Shown here: piece by piece, positions 1 to 12,875 of the stretch
Position numbering within the stretch: the stretch's first letter is position 1
Layout: every line of letters starts with the position of its first letter
Source of the DNA: Tricharina praecox
Taxonomy: Eukaryota
Assembly (NCBI RefSeq): GCF_024521635.1
Contig: NW_026250423.1
Span: 248,001-312,000, forward strand
Direction: 5' to 3'
DNA length: 64,000 nt
The notes under the pieces: generated by a model
Database searches by the model: none
What the model was told of the DNA's origin: nothing
The model's input: only the letters and a program-made list of their open reading frames with translations
Made by a program: the position numbers and the translations under genes

Positions 1-2604
1 TCGCCCATCCCTGGCTAATCATCAATAGGAATAACACCCTATCATGGTTAATTCTCCTGAAATGACAATTGAGCTACAGACTACCAAGCAACAGGCTATC
101 CTCGTCCTCTGCAGGATAAGTCACAGGCTTCTTAAGCTGTCCCAGCTTCTCACTTGGTCCATGCCTCGGTTTACCGACCCTAGACTTCGTCCTGTCCCAA
201 CCATCACCCTTACACCAACCGCACGCACACAGCGCAAAGAAGATCCTCTCGAACCTCCCTTTCTCGAACCCCCTCACCTCCTGCGCATACATATCCCCTC
301 CACCGTATCAACCACTGGACAGCGCTTGCACCGTCTCCCTGCTCGGGCCTGTGCCGGCTGGGGGAGTGCAAGAGAGCTTCAGCTCCGTGTTGGCGGAGTA
401 TTGGCCGCCTTGAAAAGGTGTCCACGGTTGAGTCAGACCTGTATACCTAAGTAAGGACTTATTGACGACAACGCGTTGATGCATGCGCAAGGAGGCAGTC
501 GGTATACCGCCTTGTCTGGCATCGTCCAGTTTATTTGTAGCACGTACGGAATACATGCAGCACCTAATTGATGGCTGTAGGTATTTTCCTCAGCTGTTGT
601 CTCATAATCTATGTTGCTCTCCACTCCGTTGGGAGAACTCCATCCAAATTCCGCGGACCTTTAGGGGCAGAGCCCCCTTTGATATCTTGGCCTGCAGAAA
701 TATGCAATGTTCGCACTACGGAAAACCCGGAAACCCTTAGATAAACGGTACATACGCGATGTACATGCTTAAGTACACTGCCTCTTACTATCCTAGTCGA
801 AAACCCCCCTTTAGAACTCCTAGCCACGCTATGGTGTACATAGTAGAAAAGACAACCACCAATTGGACGGAACCGCCATCATTGCGCGAGTGTTGGCATA
901 TGTCGCTGGCGTTGGGATGAAGTGATGGAGAGGAAAAGGCACCGGTATATCTAGTAAGCTGAACAAGGAACGAAGCGAGGCTTGAGCATCTTGCGAAAGA
1001 AACAGGCCGGTGCATGCGAGTGGCAGTGGGCACCATAGCTTAAATGGTCCGTGATTGTTATTGAGAGTGAGTTCGGTGGCTGATGCGGCCCGTCCGGTCA
1101 GTCTTTTGCCTCGCATCAGACTGCCTACCTAAACCAGAATGTTAATCCGTCTGGTGAAAGTAGTCAGGTTACCGGTATCCTTTCGGTCGACAGGCTAGAC
1201 GGACCGAGGCCAACCATTAACGGCTGCTGCAAAAAATAATGAGCAAGATCGAAGGACCAATCAATCCAATCGAATCCTAGGAAGGATTGGAAGTTTTTGG
1301 ACCGACTGGAGTTTGGCCGGCTGCGATCCTGAAATATATCTACGCTGCGTCTGGTGGTGAGGTTGGGATAAGCGCGTGGAACTTGCCGGTCGCTTGTTTG
1401 CTACGCCGCGACTAGGCGTCGGAGAAGAGTCTTGGTGATGTTAGTTCTTACTTCTGGGATGCTAGGATAAATTGGGCCATAACCGCAAGCTCATCGCCGC
1501 GCGTCTGTGCACGAGCACGTACCGTCGTTTACTACCCAGGTGCATCTGTATGTGAGTACACCTTCCCCTCCGTCCCTCAACGGTTGCTAATACCTAGGTA
1601 CAGCGATAGGAGAACATCCGCAGGCTAGAGACATAACTAATCAACGGGAAAACGTCCCATGCTCAGCGATCCTTGAGGTCAGGGGCAAATTCATCATATG
1701 TACCTGCACCATGCTTTGTCCTCCGCTTGCATTCCCTCAACATCCGTTGCGATATCTACCGCACATACCTCGCCCCCACTACCGCCACCACGTTCTAGTG
1801 GCTTCCTAAGCGGTTTTCTACCGGAGATGAAATCGAACGGACAGTCCTCGTCATGTAGACAAAGAATTATCATGGCTTTCTGACAGAGTTGACATCAGCT
1901 TTCAGCTTTCCCGTTTTGTCTGTGTATTCATCATGCTCGCATACATTTCAGCCTTCAGCCTTCAGCCTCAGTTCCAACCACTCACCTCTCAAAGTACTCT
2001 GCCATGATCTAATCATGCCGCATGTAGGTATGTCGGTATGTAATCAATGACGGAGCAGAAAAACAAACGCACTTCTCAGACAGCCCTCGAGTGACGGTAC
2101 GTGCGTTCAGCCCGCTCACCTACCTTTGAGGCTTGATCGGCATGTCCCTTGCTGTTTCTATTCTCGTCAGGACAATCCCCGACAGTGGACACTGATGGAC
2201 CGTACCCACGAAGATTTACCCGAATTGCCCTCGTGTCACATGCCCCAGTCTTTCCTCAGCATCGCTGTGCCAGAGGATGCAGGCGGAACACAGCACATCA
2301 TGTCTTACTGTACTCTACGGTACTTCTGTTTCTTGTATCGGCCGCGTACTCCCGCATCCAGAACCCACCCACCCACCAACCAAACAATGCATGTCTATCT
2401 ATAGCAAGGCGGGCAGTCAGAACTCAGAAGAGACTCAGAGTGCAGGCCGTCCCGCACCGGTCCGTTCATTCGGATTCCCCACGTCCTCATCTTCTGCTCC
2501 ATTTCCCACTCCCTCCTCTTCCCACCCTCCCATTGCCATGAGATAACGATTTATCCATCTCACCATCTCCACATTTCCATTCAACCCGCAAGCAAGCAAG
2601 CAAA

Positions 2605-3882
2605 ATGCTTCCCTCCCACCGGTCCAATATGGTGCGCCCACGCACGCGGGGCCGCACCCCCATCGCCATAATCCTCGTGTTACTGGGCTACATCTGTTAC
2701 CTACACTGGACTGAATCCTCCATCACCACCAGCAGCTCCCCCGTGAACTCCCTGGCAGACATCCAGATCACCACCGAGACGAAGGGATGGGCGAAAGCGG
2801 GACTGCCGGAAATCTCGATCTATCAGCGCCCACTGCTCCCCGTGCCGAAGGAGAAGATGAGGGTCGTCGTAGCGACAATGACGACAGGGCAGACCACATA
2901 CGATTACATCTCTCTGTCCAACAAAATCGGTACCTCACTTCCCCCATCCCCAGCCTGCCGTCCCCCCACTCCCGCCCTCAGACGCTAATATATCCATGAA
3001 GGCTACGTAAATAAGCATAATTACGCGATCAAAGTCGACTTCGCCCTCCCCAAGGATTTTGTCCCACTGCCGTTCTGGCACAAGCTGGACATGTTCGAGT
3101 ACCTGGTCCGCACCGGCGACTACGACTGGATCTGGTGGGTGGACTTCGACACCGTCATCACCAATACCACCATCAAGATCGAAGACATCATTGCCGATGC
3201 ACTGCGCGACGAGAAGAACCCCGATAACATCGACCTGCTTCTCACCTCTGACTGGTCTGCCTCCCTTGCTTCCCCCACACCCCACACCTCACATACTAAC
3301 CCCACCCCAGCTGGCCACTAAACGCCGGCTCGATGCTCCTGCGCGCCACTCCACGGCTGCTCCCGTTCCTCTCCTCCGTGTGGAAGTGCGGGGACGCGCC
3401 GAAGGAGCCGAGCGAGCAAGACTGCATCCGGGACATACTCAATTCGTCACCGCAGGAGCGTTCGCGCGCAAAGTGGATCGCGCAGAAGAAGATGAACTCG
3501 TTTCCCGAAGAGATCGGCTGCTACGATAGCAACAACCTCCCTTGGAGCCCTGGCGACTTCGTGATCCATTTCGCGGGCGCCTGGGCTCATCTCAAGGGAA
3601 AGGCAAAGAGGGATCCCTATGGCGTCATGATGCGGAAGTTTCATGAGTGGGTCGAGTATGTGCTCTCTCTCCTGGTTGGTTGGGCGGGCGGGCGGTTGTG
3701 CAAGGGGATCGGATCGGATGGCGCTGACTGATGGTGTGCTGTGCAGTAAGACAGAGCTGTCGGGTACGGAGAGGTACCAGGTCCTCGGCGAGGGACCGGA
3801 TGACAAGGGTCGGGATGAGAATGTGGTAACCGTGACGGTGACGGAGACGGTATCGAATAGTGCGCCGACGGCGGGGGCTTAG
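2605..3882 (+). CDS. Glycosyltransferase family 34 (MNN10/GMA12-like Golgi mannosyl/galactosyltransferase), 4 exons
   Basis: N-terminal TM anchor (IAIILVLLGYICYL). Removing introns 2930-3001, 3255-3310 and 3656-3746 gives ...NKIGYVNKHNY...FWHKLDM...DWIWWVDFDTVITN (DxD motif)...LNAGSMLLR...SEQD...MNSFPEE...PGDFVIHFAG, typical of GT34. Confidence 0.88.
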
Positions 3883-4397
3883 TTGGAGGCGGTGGATGGA
3901 TTACCTACATACCATCTCGACCGGCTTTTGGAAAGGATTTGATAGCTAATTGATTACGGCGTTGGTCTGGGGGTTTACTTATGGAGCTCGAATTGAACTG
4001 GATATACCTAATTGGGGATTGCAAAGGATGAGGTGGTTCGATTCTGCGAGGGTATATGATTGATTGCTCATGATCCACCCCCACTCGCCCACCATGAAAT
4101 GCAATGCAATGCCGTACAATGCAAGATCCCACAAACTGTGAAGTGCAATGCAATGCAAGAACTTGAACTATATTTTGAAGGCGAACACACCATGCCGAGC
4201 AGCCAGCAGGAAGCGGAAGGAAAAGAAGCAGTAAAAGAATAAGCCGTTCCGTTAATTTTACAAGTGTGGCTCGGTTCGACTAACACAAGGGGTAAAAACC
4301 AACACAACACCCGAATACCACCACTATCACCACAACCATCATCGTGTCGTAAGATTCTTCCCCATCCAACATCATTAACACTTTTTTTTTCTTCCCC

Positions 4398-6048
4398 CTA
4401 TTCGTCATCAGAGTCCTCTTCCTTCTTGGACTTCTTCTCCTTCTTGGCTTTCTTCTCCTCCTTCTTCTTCTTACGCTCCGCCTTCTCGTCGTCGCTCCTC
4501 TTTCGCTTCTTCTTTTCGCTTTCAGGCGCTTCGCCGGCGGGCTTGACGGGTGTGGTCATCTCCACGTCCGCAGACTCCGCGGGAGCGCTAGCAACAGGAG
4601 TGGAGGCGACGGCGGGCTCGCCGTCGACGGTCAGGGGAGCGGTGAAGTCGGTGTAGCTCTCCTTCCAGGTAGCGGGAGTGGCCTCGTTGTTTCGGCCGAA
4701 TTTCTGTAAATATCGTCAGTACATGTGATGGAGAGGTATTTAGAAGTAACATACGTCGAGCTTGCCGTCCGCCTTCATCTTCTTCTTCTCCTGGGCGGTG
4801 GGTCCGAGTCCCCATCTGCGGGGGTAGAGATCCCGCTCCATGATGCAGCGCTTGACCTTGGCGACGACTCCGTGGTCGCAGGTGGACAGCTCTACGGTGG
4901 ACATCTGCGCGATACCGAGGGCAATGGCTTCTCCCTTGGTGGTCATCAGGACAACCTCCTCGTTGACCTCGATGCCCTGCTCGTAACGGAGGAGACCGGG
5001 AATCATGAGCTTAGCACCGTAGCAGACAGCATTGACGGCACTGTCCTTGACCACGATACGTTTATAGGTGGTGAGGAGAGACTCGAGGGGCCGGATAACA
5101 CGGCGGAGGTAGGTCTCATCACGGGTGTTGTCCATCACCCACTGCGCGTCCAACAGATCGTGAAGAGTGACGATACCGTCATCCTCACCCATAGCTCCGG
5201 ACCGCACTCTTCGCAACTCCTGCATGTGTCCACCGACTCCCAACAACAGACCCAAGTGCACGCAGAGGGTACGGATGTAAGTACCAGCCTCACAGCTGAC
5301 CCAGAAGACACCGAGATGGCGGTCGTTGTCGAACTCCAGCAGCTTAATCTCGTGGATGGTTCGGATACGGAGCTGACGCTTGACAGCGGAGATCAACGGG
5401 GGTCGCTGGAACAGCGCTCCGGTGAGGGTCTCGAGCGCGCGCAGAACCTGCTGTTCAGACTGAACCTTGTCGTGGAGACGGACGACACACACGTACTCCT
5501 TTCCGGCACCCTGCTGGGACTTTACCAGCCGAGTCGCACGGTCGATACAGACGATCAGACATCCGGTGACCTTGGGGTCGAGGGTTCCACTGTGTCCAGT
5601 CTTCTCACACCTGCAAAAAGTCAATGCGCGTTCTCGCACGCATAACCCCGCTGCGATTGGAGGAGCGCGCACCTCAAAATCCTCTTGGCCCACGCAACGA
5701 CTTCGTGAGAACTGGGATTGCTAGGCTTGTCGAGGTTGATAACACCACTGCTGATGTAACTCTTGATGTCGCGCTTGAGAGGAGGAGCACCGCAAGGAAT
5801 CGGCGTGAAGTGACCGGTGCGCACGAGGAGTTTGTCGTAGTTCTTGAGGAGGAGACTGCATTGCACATGCGATCAGTGAATTGCTCTGCGTATCGTCCGC
5901 CCCGCCATAGAAAGAGACAAGAACGAAGGGAATTGAACGAGAGGAAGCAAGGCGAGTCTTACGGGAACTGCGAGTAGTCAACCGCGGGTGCAGTAGCCTG
6001 AGGCTTGATGACCTGATCTTCGTTATCCTGCTTCTGAACGGAAGCCAT
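4398..6048 (-). CDS. CBF5: H/ACA snoRNP pseudouridine synthase Cbf5/dyskerin, 4 exons
   Basis: Motifs [46 protein letters not shown], a PUA domain and a KKE-rich tail. Introns 5962-5856, 5672-5611 and 4754-4704. Confidence 0.97.
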
Positions 6049-7233
6049 TGTATTTAGTGGGCAGCGTTCGTCTGAAGCGGGAGATCGGTTGTGGTGTGGT
6101 TGTTGTCGGAATTGACAAGAAGATGTGTTGATGGTGGGAGCGGGTGCGAAGAAGTTGGGTCAAGACAAAAAAAAGGTAGAAAATTCCAGAGTGGCTGGGG
6201 TGCGTGGGGTGTCAGCCACATGGCGGGCTTCGCCGTCAGGAAAAACGCGAAACGTGAACCTTGAGACCCACTAGCAGCCACTATCGCCACAAGTCGGGTT
6301 TTACGAGCACCTGACCGACTCCCGCCAAGCCGTTCAATCCACTCCGGTCACATGGCCGTCTCGTTTCGCTCTCCCCCACCGCATCTCTCGAGCACAGAAT
6401 ACCACCGTACCGGTATTCGCCAACTTCCGTAGTCCAAGTTTACTATCTTCCAGGATTTACAGGATTTAACCGAGTGATTGATGATGATCAATACCGATGA
6501 GCGAGTAACCCAGCGAGGTGCGGTTTTTCACGGTCGCTCGACACTGGGTGGTCCTTGTTGTTGTTACTGCTGACTCCTGAAGACCATCGAGAAGGTTGGT
6601 GCGATTGGTGATAGGAGAAAGCCCGTAGGGAAGGATAGTGGGGTTTCGATTCTACATTGTATCGGTTTCATCGTATGGTACTGGTACTCGACCGTTCCTG
6701 TTTCTTGCCAGTTCCACCTCATCCTCCTTCTATGCCAAGATGATTGTGCCATAAGAAATCACAAAGAAAATTTGCACTCATGTTCCCATTATTCCTCCTC
6801 GTTCCCGTAGATACCCAACGATCCTCGAGCCCTTGTGGCCTCATCGTGCCTGCACTGATTGATCCTGGCTGAGACACTCAAGCCACTCAAGCCACATTCA
6901 CTATCGCGTTTCGTCACACAACGCCAATTTCCTTGCTGTCACTGCCAGGGCCTGCGACAGACAAATAATCTGTGACCAATAGCCTGCAAGAACACAACAC
7001 CAGACGGACCCGTAAGTACCAGCCTCTTCAGTAGCCACGAGGGAATATTTCTTGAGCTCCTTCTCATACTCTCCTCCTCATCCAGCAAACTCCGCGCCGC
7101 ATACAAAACCTCAACCCTACACGATCCATCGCCTCGGAACACGCCTACCTATCCAAGTACCCGCCTAGCTCTTACCTCTCGCCAGCTCCACTAGCAAGCT
7201 TCACGCATCGTCGCACTTCCGGCACACCCCGCG

Positions 7234-8913
7234 ATGGCCGACAGCAGCACTCCACTGCCCTCGTCGGCGACGAATCCGAACAACACCGTCCCCGAGCACG
7301 CAGCGGACGAAGACCTATCATCGCAGCCCAACTCGCCTCCGCTTTCGCGCTCACACTCAACCGCGTCTTCATCCGGGCAAACGCAGGATACCGATGACTG
7401 GGATTTTTTTCCTCCGTTGGACAAGCTCACGGTCTTTGACTACCTCGATCAGCTCGCGCTGCCGCAACGTCTCGAGAAGATCAACAGGACCTATCTCGTG
7501 CAAAGAGACAAAGTCAAGCGGGGTTTCGAGAGCACCCGGGTCAAGGCACGGTTGAGAACCGATCAGGAACTCGAGAAGTACCGTGAGAAGTATAGTAAAG
7601 GTCTCGACAAGATCTTGGAGAACTGGAACGATACAAAAATCGTTTCTTCGAGGGAGAAGCTGTCGTTTGTGGTCGGTGTCTCGAATATTTTCATCACTGG
7701 ACTTCTGATTGGCGGATATCCGTATGTCTCTCCGGCGCAGATGGCTGTGCCAACCCTGCTAACATGTGTTTGTAGTGAATGGATGCATGTCTGGTATTCG
7801 TTGCAGTTGCTCTACTTCATGCCGATTCGGTACTACACTTACCATCAGATGGGGTATCATTATGTAGGGCTCACTGATCTGCCTTTCTTCCCTCTTGGCA
7901 TGCATGATTGCTGACATTTATACAGTTCCTGGCAGACTTATGTTACTTCGTCAACGTGATGCTTGTTCTTGCCATTTGGGTGTTCCCCAATTCGCGAAGA
8001 CTGATGATATCCGCGTACTGTCTCTCGTACGGCAATAACGCGTGGGCGATTGCCATGTGGAGGAACTCGATGGTCTTCCACTCGTTGGACAAAGTCACCT
8101 CGCTGTTCATTCACATTATGCCTCCAGTGGTCCTGCACTGTCTCGTTCACCTCGTAGATCCGGTCTACTGCGCCGAGAGGTTTCCGGCCATCAGTAGGAT
8201 CAAACACGTGGAACTGTATGGTCTCTGGGAGATGATCATCTGGGCTACAGTTCCGTACGCAATCTGGCAGTTGAGTTATCATGTCTTTATCACGGTATGT
8301 GTATACCCGGGGAATTAGCCGCTCCTCTACCCGACAGCAACTGACAGTTTGTAGGTTAGAAGACGTGAAAAGATCGCAGCCGGCCGTCCCACTTCGTTTA
8401 CATGGCTCAAGAAGAGTTACAAAAAGACGTGGATCGGCAAGATCGTCCTCGGTCTACCGTCGGCGATGCAAGAGCCCGCGTTCATGTTTGTCCAATATTC
8501 GTACGCTGTCGTCACCATGTTGCCGTGCCCGCTGTGGTTCTACAACCGCAAACTGTCCGCGATATTCATCGCCTTCGTCGGCTTGATGAGTGTCTATAAC
8601 GGCGCAACATACTACAGTATGCCTTATCCCCCAATACCACTGTGCCTGTACTGACTAGGACGCAGTTGATGTCTTCGGGAAGCGATTCCAAAAGGAGCTA
8701 GAGCAGCTTCGGAAAGATGCCGCCAAGTGGCAGAACTCGCCGCCTCCGTCGGAGCGGGAGCTCGACAGAAGCTACAGTCTGGACAACATCCCGAAGTTGG
8801 ACTCGCAGAATACCGATCAGAAGGCGTCTGCCTCTGGGAATGAAGCGATCAGTCATGCATCTGGTATGAAGGAGCGGAATGCTACCACTGGATCTCTTCC
8901 ACTGGATGCGTAG
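7234..8913 (+). CDS. GPC1: Glycerophosphocholine acyltransferase (DUF2838 family), multi-exon membrane protein
   Basis: The spliced product contains EKLSFVVGV, MPIRYYTYH..GYHYFLADLCYFVN, WRNSMVFHSLDKVTSLFIHIMPP and YNGATYYIDVFGKRF. Four canonical introns; stop TAG 8911-8913. A possible 5'UTR intron donor GTAAGT lies at 7012. Confidence 0.9.
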
Positions 8914-9280
8914 ATATTGGCGCTATGGGATCTGGATGGTGGCTTTATGTGCTTTCGGAATTCGATGAATTAATGATTGTGACTTTACAGCGTTAAACAT
9001 CCTGGTGGGGTTGTGGGTATGGATTGGTGAAACTGAAGCGGATACCTGTATCTTTTTCATGAGGGTCGTAATGATGATTTTGGTCACCTAATTGCGAATA
9101 TAATGCACTTCTCATTTTGATACTACCATAATTGCCATTCATGGACCCTGAATTGGGCCTGCGGCTCCCACTAACCGCCTCTAACTACAGGGATTGCCAA
9201 CGACGTCACCACTCACTAAATCTCCAGCCTACAACTTTACTCTATCCACCACCCCATCAACAACCACCTCCGAGACCACA

Positions 9281-10015
9281 ATGTGCACCCCGCGAACACT
9301 CCTTCACCACCTCCCACGACGAAAACTGCCTCTACCACGCCTCAATGGCCGCGCCTACACCACCCCAGCTCCCCCACCCGCCCTCACGCCCATCTCCCTC
9401 TCCCTGCGAACCTCGATGCGCTCTCTGCCGCACCCCGTCATAATCCTCACGACCGGCTCCGCCAACAGCACCCCCAGCAGCGGCGGCGGCAGCGGCGACA
9501 GCACGGGCGTGGGAATAACGCTCAGCACGTTGACATGCCTATCGCTTTCCCCGCACCCTCTCATAAGCTTCAACATTAAGACGCCGTCGCGGACGTCGTC
9601 GGCGATCCACGCGCACCCTTCTGGCGCCTTCACGGTGCACGTGCTCTCGTCGACGGCGCATGCGGCGTTCGTCGCCAACGCTTTCGCACAGGTCGCTGCT
9701 GCTCCCGGAGAGAAGGCCGATCCGTGGAGGAACCTGCGCGGGGGCGTGCTAAGAGACGGGGAGACTGGCGTGCCTGAGTTAGGCGCTGAGGATGGCGTTG
9801 TTGCGAGGTGGAGGTGCAGGAAGTATAGGGTCGTCCAGGTCGAGGATCATGAGATCTGGGTGGGCAGGGTGGTCGATGTACAGGTGCTCGGTGAGGGGGA
9901 GGTGGCGCTGGGGTATGCGGACCGGCGGTTTAGGGGTGGTGGTGAGGTGGTGGTGCCGGAGTTTGGGAGGGAGGGGGATGTGATCAAGGTTGGCGAGGAG
10001 GAGGAGGCGAGTTAA
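9281..10015 (+). CDS. Flavin reductase-like FMN-binding domain protein, probably mitochondrial
   Basis: Motifs LRTSMRSLPHPVIILTT, GITLSTLTCLSLSPHPLISFNI, FTVHVL and VEDHEIWVGRV. Arg/Leu-rich N-terminus from ATG 9281. Single exon. Confidence 0.82.
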   Translation: MCTPRTLLHHLPRRKLPLPRLNGRAYTTPAPPPALTPISLSLRTSMRSLPHPVIILTTGSANSTPSSGGGSGDSTGVGITLSTLTCLSLSPHPLISFNIKTPSRTSSAIHAHPSGAFTVHVLSSTAHAAFVANAFAQVAAAPGEKADPWRNLRGGVLRDGETGVPELGAEDGVVARWRCRKYRVVQVEDHEIWVGRVVDVQVLGEGEVALGYADRRFRGGGEVVVPEFGREGDVIKVGEEEEAS

Positions 10016-10132
10016 ATGATACCAAAATATGGTGGAGGTAGAGGATGCATGATTGTGTAAGATTATAGATGATGGATGGGTAGCATTTTCAGGAGTAAAT
10101 CTACTATTATGTCTGTTGTACATATGTGTAGC

Positions 10133-11251
10133 TCAATAATGCTTTTTCCCATGATGGCCCTCGGGAATAAACCACATCTCGAGGTAATACCTCAACTTCA
10201 TGAGGGCGACCTGGAGATCCAACGTCCGGTAGGACGTCATGAGCGCCATAACCTCAAACCCCTTCTCCACTCTCCAATGCTTCCTGAGCTCATCGCAAAC
10301 CTCCTCATCAAGCATCTCCCACATCGGATGGACAGGTAACCTCTTCCCGCCGACTAGCGCCATCACTCCCCCCAGATCCATCTGCGGTGGTGGCTCTCTC
10401 GCTCTGTATCCAGCACTGGTCATGTTCCTGAGCGTATCCTGATCCGCAAACTCCCCCTCCACCGACCCCCTCCCCTCTCGGAAATCCAGCACAGTCATTG
10501 GCTCCCCGGCAGCCAACCACGCCTCCTCACCCCCCACCACCCTATCAACATCGGTACTCAACATAGCCCTCTGGGCCTCCTGCAGCACCCTCCTGCGCAG
10601 CTTCATCAACACGAACGCGTCCATATCCTTCCTCCAAGTGATCTTTCCGACGACACCACTCTTTCTTTGCGTATCACTCAGCATCTTGGCCCACACTTTG
10701 CCACCACGGCCCATATTGGGCGCCTGCGCCTTAACAGCCGACTGAGTAGCGAGACAGTATCCAGCGACGGTATGCGTAGGCGCGGCGCCCACATCGAGCC
10801 CGTCGGGCAGCATCCACGGCTCGCCAGTGGCAGGATTGCTCTTGACAACGAACCGCTTCAGCAGTGCCGCGGGCAGCCGCCGGTGGAAGTCCGCGTCGTT
10901 GCGGATCGGCGTCGCCAGGATCGCCGCGTACGGGTTCTGCCGCAGCGCCCATTCGCGCGGGCTCAGGCCCGGCCCTGCGGTAGGCGCCGCTTTGGGGTGC
11001 TTCTTCGAGTATGGCAGGAATGTGGCGGCGTTTAAGAGCGGTGAGACGGCAGGCACTGGTGGGTTGTAGGTCGGTGCGGTGCGTTGCAGGATGCGCAGCG
11101 GTTGCGCTGGTTTGCGCGGGCGTCGGTTCCGGCCGCCATTATTTTTGCGGCGGGGAGGAGCGCGGGCGGAAGTGGGTGGGGTGGTTGAGAAGAAGGCGGA
11201 TGCTGAGGATGGCCGCGAGAGTGCTCGTGGTATTGTGGTGAGGCGGTTCAT
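10133..11251 (-). CDS. Fungal protein of unknown function with a mitochondrial-presequence-like N-terminus
   Basis: 372-aa intronless ORF starting MNRLTTIPRALSRPSSASAFFST. Ordered, conserved-looking blocks include NPYAAILATPIR, PWMLPDGL and LQVALMKLRYYL. Confidence 0.75.
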   Translation of the reverse strand: MNRLTTIPRALSRPSSASAFFSTTPPTSARAPPRRKNNGGRNRRPRKPAQPLRILQRTAPTYNPPVPAVSPLLNAATFLPYSKKHPKAAPTAGPGLSPREWALRQNPYAAILATPIRNDADFHRRLPAALLKRFVVKSNPATGEPWMLPDGLDVGAAPTHTVAGYCLATQSAVKAQAPNMGRGGKVWAKMLSDTQRKSGVVGKITWRKDMDAFVLMKLRRRVLQEAQRAMLSTDVDRVVGGEEAWLAAGEPMTVLDFREGRGSVEGEFADQDTLRNMTSAGYRAREPPPQMDLGGVMALVGGKRLPVHPMWEMLDEEVCDELRKHWRVEKGFEVMALMTSYRTLDLQVALMKLRYYLEMWFIPEGHHGKKHY

Positions 11252-11518
11252 GGGTGCGTGGAGTGAGGTGGGAATATCGAAAATTTGAAGAGCCGCAATG
11301 GATAACCTGCCCCGCGATTTGACAGGTCATGTGATTGGTAGAGTGATGCGGTGTGGATCGAGTTTTTGGATCGTGAGTTTCATTCAGGCGTCACTTGTCA
11401 AGTACTGGTGTTGAGTGACGAGATAACAAGTACTTCGCTATAAATATACATCAACCCGGTGCTTATATTTGCAGCAGTCACTTTTGTCTATCTCGATGAA
11501 AACTCAGCCCTCAGCCTT

Positions 11519-12663
11519 CTAATCGCGTGTGGTACGCGAGTTTGAGATGGGCATGACCAGAATATCCGTCGCACCCAGCGCCTCCAGCTTATCCATCACG
11601 GTGGCGATGTTCTTCTTCTCGACCATAGCGCTGACAGCGACCCAGCCCTCCTCGTCCAACGTCGTGACCGAAGGCGCACGCTTTCCGGGGGTGATGATAG
11701 TGGCCTCGGTAATCAGGTTGCGGGGGACGTTGTAGGTGCAAAGGATGTACTTCTTAGCTGTGATGACTCCGCGTATCCTGGACTCGATCGTGTTGATGAG
11801 CTCCGGGTTTGAGGGGTGCTTGGACTTGATCAGGATGGCGGTGGTCTCGAGGATTGTGGCTATGGGCTTGAGGCCAGCCGCCTTCATGGTCTCGCCTGAT
11901 TCTAGTACGGGTCAGTCTAGCACCTTGTAAAAGAACGGAAGGAAGAACCCACCAACGAGATCCACGATTCCATCCGCAACACCAAGCGCGCAAGCAGCCT
12001 CGACACTACCACCGACATACTTGATCTTCGTAGCCAACCTGCCCATTGTGCTGCCACTGCGCGCGCCGCCTTTTACCTCGACATCGAGCAGATCTGCCTG
12101 GTCCTTTCCAGCCTCCTTCTCCTTCCCGGCTTCCCTCTCCAGATTCGCAAAGTACTCTCCAGCCAGCCCGATGAAGGACGTACAGATCTGCTTTCCGATC
12201 AATTGCTTGGGGTCATCGTACTCTCCGTTCTCGGGGACCTGGATCTGCAGCTTGCAGCGGCCGAACTGGAGATCGAGGAGCTCCTCGACGTCGCTCTGGG
12301 CCTCAGCCACCTGATCGCGTCCAGTGATTCCAAGGTCCACCCGTCCCTCACCAACGAAGGTTGGGATGTCGGCGGCCGGGAGAAAAACGAGGGCGATCGG
12401 AAGGTTGAGACACAGCGCGATGTCGAGACGCGAGTGACGGTGGAACTGAATGTCGCTACCGTGAAGAAGGTCAAGACATTGCTGATTGAGACGGCCCTCT
12501 GGTCGGGTGAGTCAGACGGTGAAGAGGAGTCGGTTTTTCAGCAGGACTCACTCTTGGGTACGGCAAAGAGCAGACGGTCGTTCAGGCTGGGGCTCACGTT
12601 AAAAGAGGGCTCGGAGGTGGGTCGCGGGGGAGATGAGGGAACAAACTGGTTGACGAGATCCAT
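11519..12663 (-). CDS. HIS1: ATP phosphoribosyltransferase, 4 exons
   Basis: Motifs RLLFAVPKKGRL, FLPAADIPTFVGEGRVDLGITGRDQV, GGSVEAACALGVADGIVDLVESGETM and ITPGKRAPSVTTL. Confidence 0.97.
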
Positions 12664-12875
12664 CGCGTATATTCGAGTTTTGACTGTAAAAAAATGCGGG
12701 GAGAAAAGCAGAGGATTACAAGTGAGGGGATTGCGATGGATGAGGAGACGAAGAGAAAGAGGAGAGCGTCGGACTCGAGGTCGTAGAAATTGGATCTGAC
12801 GGTGGGAACGAGGGGATTCGATGGTGTGGTGTTGGAATATGTACGAGTACAAGATGCAGGTATGACTGGTTGCGA

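Noticed and set aside
1..2600. Short ORFs (e.g. 44-454) and an apparent splice acceptor near 28
   Set aside because: All three frames after the acceptor meet a stop within a few codons, and no protein family was recognisable. A degenerate gene is not excluded.
4010..4050. GGTTCGATTC with upstream TTGCAAA, tRNA-like
   Set aside because: No anticodon, D or acceptor stems could be formed.
4725..5645. 306-aa + strand ORF
   Set aside because: Antisense shadow of CBF5.
6860..6900. CTGAGA resembling a TPP riboswitch core
   Set aside because: The remaining conserved TPP aptamer elements are missing, and the adjacent genes are not thiamine-related.
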